Source: a virus
Lineage: Duplodnaviria; Caudoviricetes
Strand: one strand, 5' to 3'
IMG/VR virus record: IMGVR_UViG_3300020046_002068
Coordinates: 1,163-65,162 of that record
DNA length: 64,000 nt
The position numbers were made by a program, and so were the translations under genes. The stretch's first letter is position 1; every line of letters starts with the position of its first letter. Under the pieces are notes generated by a model. The model made no database searches. It was given only the letters and a program-made list of their open reading frames with translations, and had not been told where the DNA came from. This document shows positions 9,063 to 17,413 of the stretch, piece after piece.

Positions 9063-10334
9063 ATGAAAGCTGAACAGGCTATCCAAAAAGCCAACGTGTC
9101 GTTCATGTCGCACCCTGCCTTCCGTGGCGTGGCGGGTGTGGTGTTGTTCGGCAAGTCGGAGATCGTTGACGACCCCAAGGTCATGCCCACTGCGGCAACG
9201 GACGGGGTCAACAAGTACTACGGTCGTGGGTTCATCGACGCCGAGGATCACGCTGCACGTACCATGGTGGTCGGACACGAGACGATGCATCAACTCCTTC
9301 GTCATACCTTCGTCTACAAGGAACTGTTCAAGAAGGACCCGCAGTGCGCCAACATCGCGGCTGACTTCGTGGTCAACCTCATGCTGTACGACGGGCACAT
9401 GTCGCTCGACGCGGCACAGCAGGGCATCACTCCCATGCTGCCGCCCCTGACGGTGCAACCCCTGATGGACGAGCGGCTGCGTGGCTGGTCCACTGATCGC
9501 ATCTTCCGCCTGATCCAAGACCTCGCCGACAAGAAGGCGCAGATCCCCGGTGGTACCACGGTCAAGGAGTGGGGTGGCCGTCCGGTCAAGACGCTCGACG
9601 ACATCAAGTTCTCCCGTGGCAAGAAGGGTGGCAGTGGTGGTGTCGAGGGTGCCGACTCGATGGACGATCACATGCCCGACAGCGGCGAGGAGATGACCGA
9701 GGAGCAGGCCAAGGAACTGGAGTCGATCATCCGCACCGGCAAGATGATGGCGGGTAAGGACGCCAGCGGTGCGCTGCGTCATATCAACATGGGTGAATCC
9801 AAGATCTCGTGGGAGGAGTTGCTGGAGAACTGGGTGCAGCGCCTGTTCCATGGTGGGCACGATGAGACGTGGACCCGACCCAATCGCCGCTTCGCTGCGC
9901 ACAACATCTATCTCCCGTCCGGTCGCACCGAGGTGCTGCCGCCCCTGCTGCTGGCCATCGACACGTCGGGCTCGATCAGCAACGAGGTGCTGGCCACGGT
10001 CAAGTCACATATCCAGAAGATGGTCGAGCGCTACGCCATCCAGCAGGTGGACGTGCTGTACTGGGATAGCAGGGTAGCTGGGTTCGAACAGTACCCGCGC
10101 TCCGAGGTCAAGGGTCTGGTCGATTCGACCAAGCCCAAGGGGGGTGGCGGCACTGATCCTTGCTGCATCCGGCCCTATGTGTTGGGCAACGCACTGAAGT
10201 ACTTCGCCGCTATCGTGTTTACTGATGGGTGCTTCGGCGACGAGGGCAACTGGGACTTCGTGAACCACCGTGTCATCTGGGTGGTCGATGGTCCGGAGCG
10301 TGTGTTCAACGTCGGTCGGTCGGTGCAGGTGTGA
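9063..10334 (+). CDS. Putative metallopeptidase plus vWA domain protein (DUF2201-like)
   Basis: HETMH (HExxH), acidic linker, MIDAS DTSGS, GGGT and VFTDG motifs. Confidence 0.85.
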   Translation: MKAEQAIQKANVSFMSHPAFRGVAGVVLFGKSEIVDDPKVMPTAATDGVNKYYGRGFIDAEDHAARTMVVGHETMHQLLRHTFVYKELFKKDPQCANIAADFVVNLMLYDGHMSLDAAQQGITPMLPPLTVQPLMDERLRGWSTDRIFRLIQDLADKKAQIPGGTTVKEWGGRPVKTLDDIKFSRGKKGGSGGVEGADSMDDHMPDSGEEMTEEQAKELESIIRTGKMMAGKDASGALRHINMGESKISWEELLENWVQRLFHGGHDETWTRPNRRFAAHNIYLPSGRTEVLPPLLLAIDTSGSISNEVLATVKSHIQKMVERYAIQQVDVLYWDSRVAGFEQYPRSEVKGLVDSTKPKGGGGTDPCCIRPYVLGNALKYFAAIVFTDGCFGDEGNWDFVNHRVIWVVDGPERVFNVGRSVQV

Positions 10335-10335
10335 G

Positions 10336-10888
10336 GTGCGGTTGATCGGTCTGCACGTGTGGCCGGACCAATTCCCTGGGGGCAAGCTGCTGACGGGGCA
10401 CCCCCAAGGGATCACCATCAGCGCATATCAGTGGATGGTTAAGCGGTATGAACTGGAGTACAGCGCATGAGAGTTAGCATCGTGTATCTAGACATCCTGT
10501 TCGACCACAGCAAGTACCGCAGTCGGATCGAGGGGCTGCGCGGTCCGATCAGTGCTGTCCACGGCACCATGATGTTCAGCCGCTACTATTCTGTACCGGA
10601 GGAGTGACATGCTACAATCGCTACAACATCAGGAGGGAGAATGTATCTTGACCTGTCAGATCTGACAGTAAACACGGGTCGCCGTTGGGTGTTTAGCATT
10701 GAAGGTACGGAGACCATGAACAAGTTCGCGCGGGTCCACCGCTACAACATTAGGAGAGCAGGATTATACTAGGTAAGTTAAGCTGTACACTTTACTTTGC
10801 CGATAGAGATGCTATCTGTCTCATCTTTACCCCCGCCTACATCGTCGATAATCTGTTCATCAAGCGCTACGGCGCACTTAAGGATTGA
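10336..10888 (+). other. RY-microgene block VI (3 intact, 2 degenerate units)
   Basis: 10336-10470 WMVKRYE, 10467-10607 MMFSRYY, 10604-10651 15-aa tail-only NRYNI, 10641-10772 RVHRYNI, ~10763-10888 LFIKRYG without a canonical start. Confidence 0.7.
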
Positions 10889-10890
10889 TC

Positions 10891-11763
10891 ATGAATACCA
10901 AAGTCGTGTTGCCCGCTGTTCTCGTGTCGCTGAACACGTCCGTCTGGACTGCACAAAAGCTGGACCGCAAGACCTCGCAGGAGGTGGACGTGCAGCACGC
11001 CACCAAGACCCGTGCGGGCAACTACAACAAGCACCTGATGGCGGGTGTTGACTCGCTCGACACGGTCAAGTCGGTGGCTGCGGCCACCCGGGTGGAGTTC
11101 CATCGCATCACCCAACCCTGGTCCGACAACGGTGATCGGCTGCTGGCAGCGGAGCGCTACTTCGACTTCAAGAACTGGGCCGACACCCGGACCCAAGCGT
11201 TCGATGCCGCCGTCAAGGAGTTCGTCAGCCAGTACGCCACCAACATCAGCGTGCAAGCCTTCAAGCTGGGTAGCTTGTTCGACCGTAGCGAGTACCCGGA
11301 CCCGGCTGATGTGGCGCATCGGTTCGGCATGGTGTTCAGCTACACCCCGCTGCCGCAGTCGGGTGACTTCCGCCTGGACTCGTTCAACAGCACGCTGTCT
11401 TTGGTGGAGCGCGAACTCACCGACAAGTACGAAAGCATGATGGCAGCAAGGGTGGACACCGCCATGGCCGACGCGTGGGATCGGGTGCACAAGGCGCTCA
11501 AGCATATGGCCGAGAAGATGCTGCCCGATGCGGATGGCAAGAAGCGCCGCCTGCACGACACCACCTTGGAGAACATGTACGAACTGTGCACGCTCATGTC
11601 CTCGTTCAACGTGACCGGCGACCCCAAGATGGAGCAGTGCCGTCGTGACATCGAGAACGCACTGGCGGGTGTCAGCACCGACGTGCTGCGGGTGTCCGAG
11701 GATGCACGCAAGACCATCCATACCAAGGTCACCGGACTCATGGCTGACTACGGGTTGGAGTGA
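10891..11763 (+). CDS. DUF3150-like helical protein
   Basis: Resembles the family by recall (PWSDNGDRLL, F..SEYP motifs); AAGGA SD; often found beside AAA/vWA genes in phages. Confidence 0.65.
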   Translation: MNTKVVLPAVLVSLNTSVWTAQKLDRKTSQEVDVQHATKTRAGNYNKHLMAGVDSLDTVKSVAAATRVEFHRITQPWSDNGDRLLAAERYFDFKNWADTRTQAFDAAVKEFVSQYATNISVQAFKLGSLFDRSEYPDPADVAHRFGMVFSYTPLPQSGDFRLDSFNSTLSLVERELTDKYESMMAARVDTAMADAWDRVHKALKHMAEKMLPDADGKKRRLHDTTLENMYELCTLMSSFNVTGDPKMEQCRRDIENALAGVSTDVLRVSEDARKTIHTKVTGLMADYGLE

Positions 11764-13149
11764 GCGTACCCACCATGTTCATGGCACCGGGGGCTACGAT
11801 GATGTTAAGTCGGCTGTTCCTATCAGTAGACCTCCGGGATGCTGAGAGTTCCAATGGCATCAACGGACTCTATAGCATCCACCCCAACGAGAGCGCACTG
11901 GTGCAGAGGTATGGTTATGGATCTTGAATGGGATGCGCTGGTAGTTAGCTGGAGTATGGGAGAGTGGGCAACCTGCGGATTGCGGAGGATCCTGTTCAAC
12001 GAGTACAAGTTCGTGGAGAGGTATGGTTATGTACTTGTATAGGAGCACAATCAAGGTGAAGTGGCGGCGCACCTATCTGCGGTGGGCTCCTGAACTAGAG
12101 GGGGAGACGATGCGGATGTTCTTGCTAGAAAGGTACGGCTATGTGCTGGTATAACGTAACGTTCCGATTCAGGATGAGCACCGGGAAGTACTGGGCTATC
12201 CACGGTACGCCCAACGTCCTGGCAGCACTGAGAATGTCGGAGAGGTACTTCAATGTACCTTGAACCTGAACACCTAGTGGTGCGCCCCAGTGCCGACAGC
12301 ATTTCCCGGGCGCAAGAAGTGTGGGGGCTACAGCGCGTGGTCATCCGGGAGTACCGTCTGGTGTGGAGGTACTGCCTTGTATCTTGACCCCTCTTTCCTA
12401 GTCGCTCGTGGTAGGAATGCACATAAAAGCCCCCGGTCACACGAAGCATGGGGGCTGTACTACTACACACAAACACTGGAAGACTGGCTAACGCAGAGGT
12501 ATGGCTATGCAACTTGACGGTAGGATTCTGTACGTCTACTTGGGGAGTACTATCCACAACCCGAACCAGCGGCACAACTACATCTACGCCATAGACAGTA
12601 AGGCCCAACGGTGTGATTTCTTCATATTCCGGAGGTACTGTTATGTGGCTTAGCTCTAGGATTCTGCATGCTAGGATCGGCAGCGTGCACTACGAGACGG
12701 TGCTGGGATTCATGACAACAGTATCCGGCGAGACGGAATTCATCACTAAGAGGTACGGCTATGGAGCTTGATGCTGGTAACTTCTTTGTGGTGGACATCC
12801 GTGTCCCTTCCGTGACATCTGCGGATCAGGTATGGGGGTTCCTGTACGTAGTCAAGGGGGAGCGATTATTCGTGGATAGGTACGGCTATGCATCTTAACC
12901 CGGGTATACTGTACGTAGGGTTCGGAGCCATTAACACCTGCCACCTGTTTGCTTTCACCCCTGCCGGTAGTGGGTCCGTGGTAGGGGAGGTTAGTTTTCT
13001 GCGGAGATATAGGTATGTTCATCAGCAGTAGAGGATGGGTCTGCACGTCATGGAAAGCGGGGGAAGGGGTATGGATAACAGCAGTAGAAGATACCTTCGG
13101 GGTGTCTTACGCTGAACAATACTTGATTAGGCGTTATACATTTACTTAA
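11760..13149 (+). other. RY-microgene block VII (11 ORFs, 40-55 aa)
   Basis: 11760-11927, 11917-12042, 12029-12154, 12141-12263, 12253-12387, 12377-12517, 12507-12653, 12643-12771, 12761-12898, 12888-13031, 13015-13149; tails include LVQRYGY, FVERYGY, LLERYGY, LTQRYGY, IFRRYCY, ITKRYGY, FVDRYGY, LIRRYTF. Confidence 0.88.
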
Positions 13150-13158
13150 GGAGCAGCA

Positions 13159-13839
13159 ATGGAACTCAGTTCGTGCAGTCTGACCGTCAGCCACGGAGCT
13201 GGCACGATGTTCACCCGGGGGCTTGCACAGCGCAACATCTTCCACTACCGGACGATGGAGCGGTACAACCTGTTTAACCTCCCCATCCATGGGCGAGTGC
13301 ACAAACCGTTCGAGATCGCCAAGCAGTTCACCATGACCCATGCACCGGGGGTGGTGTGCGCTGCGATTGCAGGGGAAGAACTCTGGGTCACACCATCGAG
13401 GATGGTTTTCATCGCCACGCGTGAGCGGCAGGAGATCGCATCCATTACCTACGACCGGGACAAGAAGGCGTGGATCGGCAGGGCCAAGCACATGCCAGCC
13501 AGCCCCAAGTTCAAGCACGCCGCCCCCTACGTTCAGCGCAAGGATCTGGTCGCCCTGCTGTGGGAACTCAAGCCCTACCTGCGCGGCATGTCCGACAAGG
13601 AATGGGCGGTGCATTGCACCTACCAACGGATCATTGCCTGGGGCTGGTCGTACTCAAGGCCGTCGGTTGCGCCGGTTGATGCCTGCCAGTTCGCCGCTGC
13701 CATGACGGAGCGCGAAGCACACACCGAGCAGTTGATCGTGGCCATGGCGAAGGTCATGAAGGATGTGCACGAAGCTGCCGCTGCCAGTGCCACCATCGAG
13801 ATGTGGAAAGACTTCGACCGTCGGATGCATGGGGGGTAG
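13159..13839 (+). CDS. Hypothetical protein, 226 aa
   Basis: AAGGAG SD, long ORF with phage-like codon usage. Confidence 0.8.
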   Translation: MELSSCSLTVSHGAGTMFTRGLAQRNIFHYRTMERYNLFNLPIHGRVHKPFEIAKQFTMTHAPGVVCAAIAGEELWVTPSRMVFIATRERQEIASITYDRDKKAWIGRAKHMPASPKFKHAAPYVQRKDLVALLWELKPYLRGMSDKEWAVHCTYQRIIAWGWSYSRPSVAPVDACQFAAAMTEREAHTEQLIVAMAKVMKDVHEAAAASATIEMWKDFDRRMHGG

Positions 13840-13840
13840 C

Positions 13841-13996
13841 ATGATCCTATGTAATCCCGAACTCGAAGATGTATTTTGGGTGGGGTTAGCGAACGACCCC
13901 GACACCACGTTCCACGTCACCAATCTCAACACCATCTGTAGTACCAATCGGGACTATCAGATCGACATGTTTTTCATTTACCGTTACCTCAAGTAG
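13841..13996 (+). CDS. Single RY microprotein, 51 aa (FFIYRYLK)
   Basis: ATG 13841 directly after the previous stop; carries the motif. Confidence 0.75.
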   Translation: MILCNPELEDVFWVGLANDPDTTFHVTNLNTICSTNRDYQIDMFFIYRYLK

Positions 13997-14017
13997 TACC
14001 AACCTAGGAGTATTACC

Positions 14018-14425
14018 ATGGCTACACTGACCCCGTCGTACCTCCTGAATACTATCCGCGAACTGGAGCGGGAGAACGCGACGTTGAAGCTGCAACTGGA
14101 AATGGAACGTGAGAAGAAGACCCCCCGCATCCAGCGTGCCCCCGAACAACTGCCGCTGATTCCGCACACCCCCGTCCGGACCACCGCCCAGATGGACCTT
14201 CCCCTTCGTCGCAAAGAGGGAGCAAAATATATCGAAGGGGTGGCGTACGCCGTCAACACCGGAGCGTCTAAGGGCAAGCGTGGTAGGGATTTCAAGGTTA
14301 CCCCCGAGCCCATGCGCGTGCTGCCCAACGACAAGATGGCGGAGGAGTTCATCCATGAGCGCCGGTATGGTGCTGGTGCCATCGTGCGTATCGGTGCGTG
14401 CATCATCGAGGATGAGCGGGGATGA
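14018..14425 (+). CDS. Hypothetical protein, 135 aa, N-terminal coiled coil
   Basis: AGGAG SD; heptad-like IRELERENATLKLQLE. Confidence 0.8.
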   Translation: MATLTPSYLLNTIRELERENATLKLQLEMEREKKTPRIQRAPEQLPLIPHTPVRTTAQMDLPLRRKEGAKYIEGVAYAVNTGASKGKRGRDFKVTPEPMRVLPNDKMAEEFIHERRYGAGAIVRIGACIIEDERG

Positions 14426-14824
14426 AGTATTACATTCTCAACAATGCGGTGAGCATCACCAAGTACGGGGTGGGAATGTACCCGTGGACTAGACGTGTGG
14501 TGGATGACTGGCTCACCCTGCGTTACCAACTGGTGGTGGCATGAGCGCACTTAGGGGAGTATCCGCCGTACGGTGGAGTGGCCGCACGGTCTACATCAGT
14601 GAATCATGGGGTGGGCTTCACGACCGTGTGCTTATGTCCCAGCGATACAATATCGTTACCGATCACGCACCATGGTGATATCAACCGCTTGGATGGAAGT
14701 ATCGTGGATGATCGGAACTTATCGTGAGTACGCGCAAGCGGGAGATTGGGACCAACTGGGGGATACGTACTTGTGCCGCAGGTACGAACTACGAATCGCT
14801 GACTTTCCTAGGAGTGGCATGTGA
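14422..14824 (+). other. RY-microgene block VIII (3 ORFs)
   Basis: 14422-14544 WLTLRYQ, 14541-14678 LMSQRYN, 14672-14824 YLCRRYE. Confidence 0.8.
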
Positions 14825-15099
14825 ATAACATCAATCCGTTTACGCCAAACCCTGTTGCCTTCATCGTGCACAACAGACTGGCCGACAGCTTGGAGAAAAG
14901 AACGCACATCATGTGGTCGCATCCTACCAAGGACGACCGGTACCGATCACACCGTAAGCCCGACGTGCTGTGTCGTGGCACGGCAGGGGAGCGATGCGGG
15001 GTGAAGCTGACCGCGACCGACCGCAAACGCAAGGGGTACGCGTATCTGTGCAAGGTGTGTTACAAGGCGCAGTACTGGGCCAAGTACGATAGGGGCTGA
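14821..15099 (+). CDS. Small Cys-containing protein (possible Zn finger), 92 aa
   Basis: AGGAG SD, GTGA overlap; C..C spacing and CKVC. Confidence 0.65.
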   Translation: MNNINPFTPNPVAFIVHNRLADSLEKRTHIMWSHPTKDDRYRSHRKPDVLCRGTAGERCGVKLTATDRKRKGYAYLCKVCYKAQYWAKYDRG

Positions 15100-15100
15100 C

Positions 15101-15628
15101 ATGCACGTAGTCCCACACTTCTGGATAGAGGCTTCTGGTATGTGGTCGCTGGCTGGACATAATACTCCGGCGATCCGGGCGTTCATGTGGGTGAGGTACG
15201 AACTATGAAACTAATACAGTATTTTCGGGTGCGGATATCGTGGAGAGTAGGAGTGGCTACATGGGTAATTGTCCCAACTGCCATGGGAGAAGCTAGAATG
15301 TATCTTCGTGGTCGGTATAAACACTGGGGTCCAGACCTACTATGATCTACCAACCCTACATGAAGCTGTTCACTATTCCCACTAACAAAAAGCGTAGTGA
15401 ATTCATCTGCGCAGCGGCTCACCGCATCGGCATCCGAGATTATCTGGAGCGTAGGTACAGGTTGTTCTCATGGTAATCGCTCACTACCTACAACTCTACA
15501 TTCGGAAGCCGGGCATCCCGCTACAGTTCTTAATGTGGGTTCATCCCCAAGTTGCGTGCAGGGAGTACTTGGATAGGAGGTACATGCGTGGCAAAAAGGC
15601 TAGCAACAAACCCTCTCCCTTTCGATGA
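15101..15628 (+). other. RY-microgene block IX (4 ORFs)
   Basis: 15101-15208 FMWVRYE, 15205-15345 YLRGRYK, 15342-15476 YLERRYR, 15470-15628 YLDRRYM. Confidence 0.82.
15402..15489 (+). repeat. 88-bp inverted repeat, left copy
   Basis: Ungapped 72/88 identity to the reverse complement of 16836-16923; the last 37 bp are identical. Confidence 0.9.
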
Positions 15629-15785
15629 GGAACGATGCGCCGATGCCCTTCAGCGCTGGTGCCCTGAGCGGGACAACTGCCGACGCTGGGTGGACCGGTA
15701 CCCTGCCGGGGACCACACGCCTTGGGTTCCCTTCACCATTGACCGCACCTCTGCCGGGTGCCAACACATTATAAGGATCAAGTGA
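15588..15785 (+). CDS. Small Cys-containing hypothetical protein, 65 aa
   Basis: GGAGG SD, GTG start, C-x7-C-x4-C-RR pattern. Confidence 0.7.
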   Translation: MAKRLATNPLPFDEERCADALQRWCPERDNCRRWVDRYPAGDHTPWVPFTIDRTSAGCQHIIRIK

Positions 15786-15922
15786 TGTGCGAGATGTCTG
15801 CTTTAACCGTGCTCGCCTGGGGCGTAGCAGTTATGATCGGTGGTCCGGTCATCTTGATGCTGTTGGCCGGGGTTGTTCTCGGCGCAATTGGTATATACAC
15901 AGTCGTGACTGAGAAGAGGTAA
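15785..15922 (+). CDS. Small membrane peptide, 45 aa
   Basis: MCEMSALTVLAWGVAVMIGGPVILMLLAGVVLGAIGIYTVVTEKR; TGATG overlap. Confidence 0.65.
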   Translation: MCEMSALTVLAWGVAVMIGGPVILMLLAGVVLGAIGIYTVVTEKR

Positions 15923-15975
15923 TGGGATGATCGCAGAGAATTGATGTTCACTACTTACTTAACCAAGGAACCATC

Positions 15976-16125
15976 ATGAAAAAACTTATCATCGCCGTTG
16001 TGCTGGCCGCTGCCGCTGCTTCCGCTTACGCTGCCTGTCGTACCTATACCATCATGCAAGGTGGCCGCATGGTGATGTGCACCGAGTGCTGCTTCGGCGG
16101 GCACTGCACTATCAACTGCAACTGA
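15976..16125 (+). CDS. Secreted six-Cys peptide, 49 aa
   Basis: AAGGA SD; MKKLIIAVVLAAAAASAYA signal peptide followed by ACRTYTIMQGGRMVMCTECCFGGHCTINCN. Confidence 0.85.
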   Translation: MKKLIIAVVLAAAAASAYAACRTYTIMQGGRMVMCTECCFGGHCTINCN

Positions 16126-16132
16126 CCTGACA

Positions 16133-16585
16133 ATGAAGCCAGTCATCTGCCCATACTGCAAAGGTCAGGCGGAGTTGGTGGTGGGTAGGGACATGTACCC
16201 TACCCACTCACGGTTGTGGACCAAGCACCTCTACCGCTGTACCCCGTGCGATGCGCACGTGGGGTGCCACCCCAACACCACGACCCCGCTGGGGACGCTG
16301 GCCAACCGCCCGCTGCGCGCAGCCCGCATGGCTGCACACACTGCATTCGACAAGCTATGGCAAGGGGGAGACATGCCCCGCTGGGCTGCGTACAAGTGGC
16401 TGCGAGGGATGATGAACATGCCCCGGGACGAGTGCCATATCGGACAGTTCGACGAGACGCAGTGCGCCCAAGCTATCGCCCATGTGCAGGATTACCTGCG
16501 ACGAAAGGGGAAGATCCATCGCGCTCAGACTTCGAACACCACGGTGGCAGTGCCGCGTCCGACTATCGCATCAGCCGGGAAGTAG
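16133..16585 (+). CDS. DUF3268-like zinc-finger protein
   Basis: CPYC...YRCTPCDAHVGCH...AH.AFD.LW...AY.WL...CHIG.FD pattern. Confidence 0.8.
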   Translation: MKPVICPYCKGQAELVVGRDMYPTHSRLWTKHLYRCTPCDAHVGCHPNTTTPLGTLANRPLRAARMAAHTAFDKLWQGGDMPRWAAYKWLRGMMNMPRDECHIGQFDETQCAQAIAHVQDYLRRKGKIHRAQTSNTTVAVPRPTIASAGK

Positions 16586-16716
16586 GTGGTCTTGGGATCG
16601 GGAAGTCGAACAATGCCGCCGACTTCAATGATGAGCCCCCGGCTCCTGTCGTAGAAGCACAGGGGGTCATCGAGGTCTGACTGGATCAGAATCCGCAGCG
16701 CGTCTCTTACTTTCAT
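16525..16716 (-). CDS. Hypothetical protein, 63 aa (minus-strand islet)
   Basis: Open ORF downstream of the minus-strand MVIAHYL ORF; weak SD. Confidence 0.45.
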   Translation of the reverse strand: MKVRDALRILIQSDLDDPLCFYDRSRGLIIEVGGIVRLPDPKTTYFPADAIVGRGTATVVFEV

Positions 16717-16855
16717 GACTGCCTGCCCAGATCAGACCGACCACTATGATTGCTACAAAACCAAGGGGGAGTAGTACATGGGCGACGACCCACTGTGCCA
16801 AGTACCCCAAGGCTTTGTAGAACCATAGATGGTCGAGGTAGTGAGCGATTACCAT
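16667..16855 (-). CDS. Membrane peptide sharing its MVIAHYL start with microgene 15470
   Basis: Starts inside the inverted repeat; hydrophobic segment VLLPLGFVAIIVVGLIWA. Confidence 0.55.
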   Translation of the reverse strand: MVIAHYLDHLWFYKALGYLAQWVVAHVLLPLGFVAIIVVGLIWAGSHESKRRAADSDPVRPR

Positions 16856-16923
16856 GAGAACAACCTGTACCTAGTTTCCAGATAGTCCCGTGCGGCAATG
16901 AAATTAGACGCCGCGCAGATGAA
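16836..16923 (-). repeat. 88-bp inverted repeat, right copy
   Basis: Reverse complement of 15402-15489 (72/88; 37 bp perfect). Confidence 0.9.
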
Positions 16924-17175
16924 GACGCTGTGGCCCATAGCAGTGGGGCGAGTGAGCGTGTCGAGCCGGGTCATGAGCCGGTTCAGCAAAACTAAAGTAT
17001 TCTGCTGTTGCAACTCGATCCTTGCGATTGCGCGACTGAGTTCATCCAAACGGTCTTTGGTTGTAGTCGCGTTGTCGCGCTCCCAGTGTGGGCGGGGTGG
17101 AAGCGGTTGCATTCGGAAATGGTACAACGCTCCAATGACAGGAGCAAGACTTTTCAACAGGAGTATCTGTGGCAA
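16849..17175 (-). CDS. Coiled-coil protein fused to an RY tail (RDYLETRYRLFSW)
   Basis: C-terminus homologous to microgene 15342-15476; start uncertain. Confidence 0.55.
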   Translation of the reverse strand: MPQILLLKSLAPVIGALYHFRMQPLPPRPHWERDNATTTKDRLDELSRAIARIELQQQNTLVLLNRLMTRLDTLTRPTAMGHSVFICAASNFIAARDYLETRYRLFSW

Positions 17176-17411
17176 CTAAACCAGTCCTCACCCTGCATTC
17201 CCGTGGATGGCACAACTCTCTCGTGATGACCGCCAAGCAAGGGGCGCGTATTGCTAAGGCTAAGGGTGGTCAGGCAGAATCGAAACTATCTGACTACAAG
17301 CCCGGGACATCGGGGCAACAGGAGTTCTACAGCACGTACAAGCAACTCGCTGAGCGAGAGTATGAAAAGGAACTACGTGCTATCCAAGAGGGTAACGACT
17401 ACGGGGTGTAG
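17169..17411 (+). CDS. Hypothetical protein, 80 aa
   Basis: AGGAG SD before GTG. Confidence 0.7.
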   Translation: MATKPVLTLHSRGWHNSLVMTAKQGARIAKAKGGQAESKLSDYKPGTSGQQEFYSTYKQLAEREYEKELRAIQEGNDYGV

Positions 17412-17413
17412 TG

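Noticed and set aside
7160-9902. Long minus-strand ORFs 7160-8455 and 9003-9902 (likewise 39628-41313 and 56616-57551 on +)
   Set aside because: Antisense shadows of GC3-rich real genes that carry recognisable motifs on the opposite strand.
12986-12994. Fifth palindrome copy (GGAGGTTAG)
   Set aside because: Half-site only, inside a microgene, with no matching left arm.
11760-13149. CRISPR array
   Set aside because: Repeats are degenerate, intervening segments are 90-115 nt and fully open-reading, and there are no cas genes; the Cas4-like gene is an ordinary replication-module nuclease.
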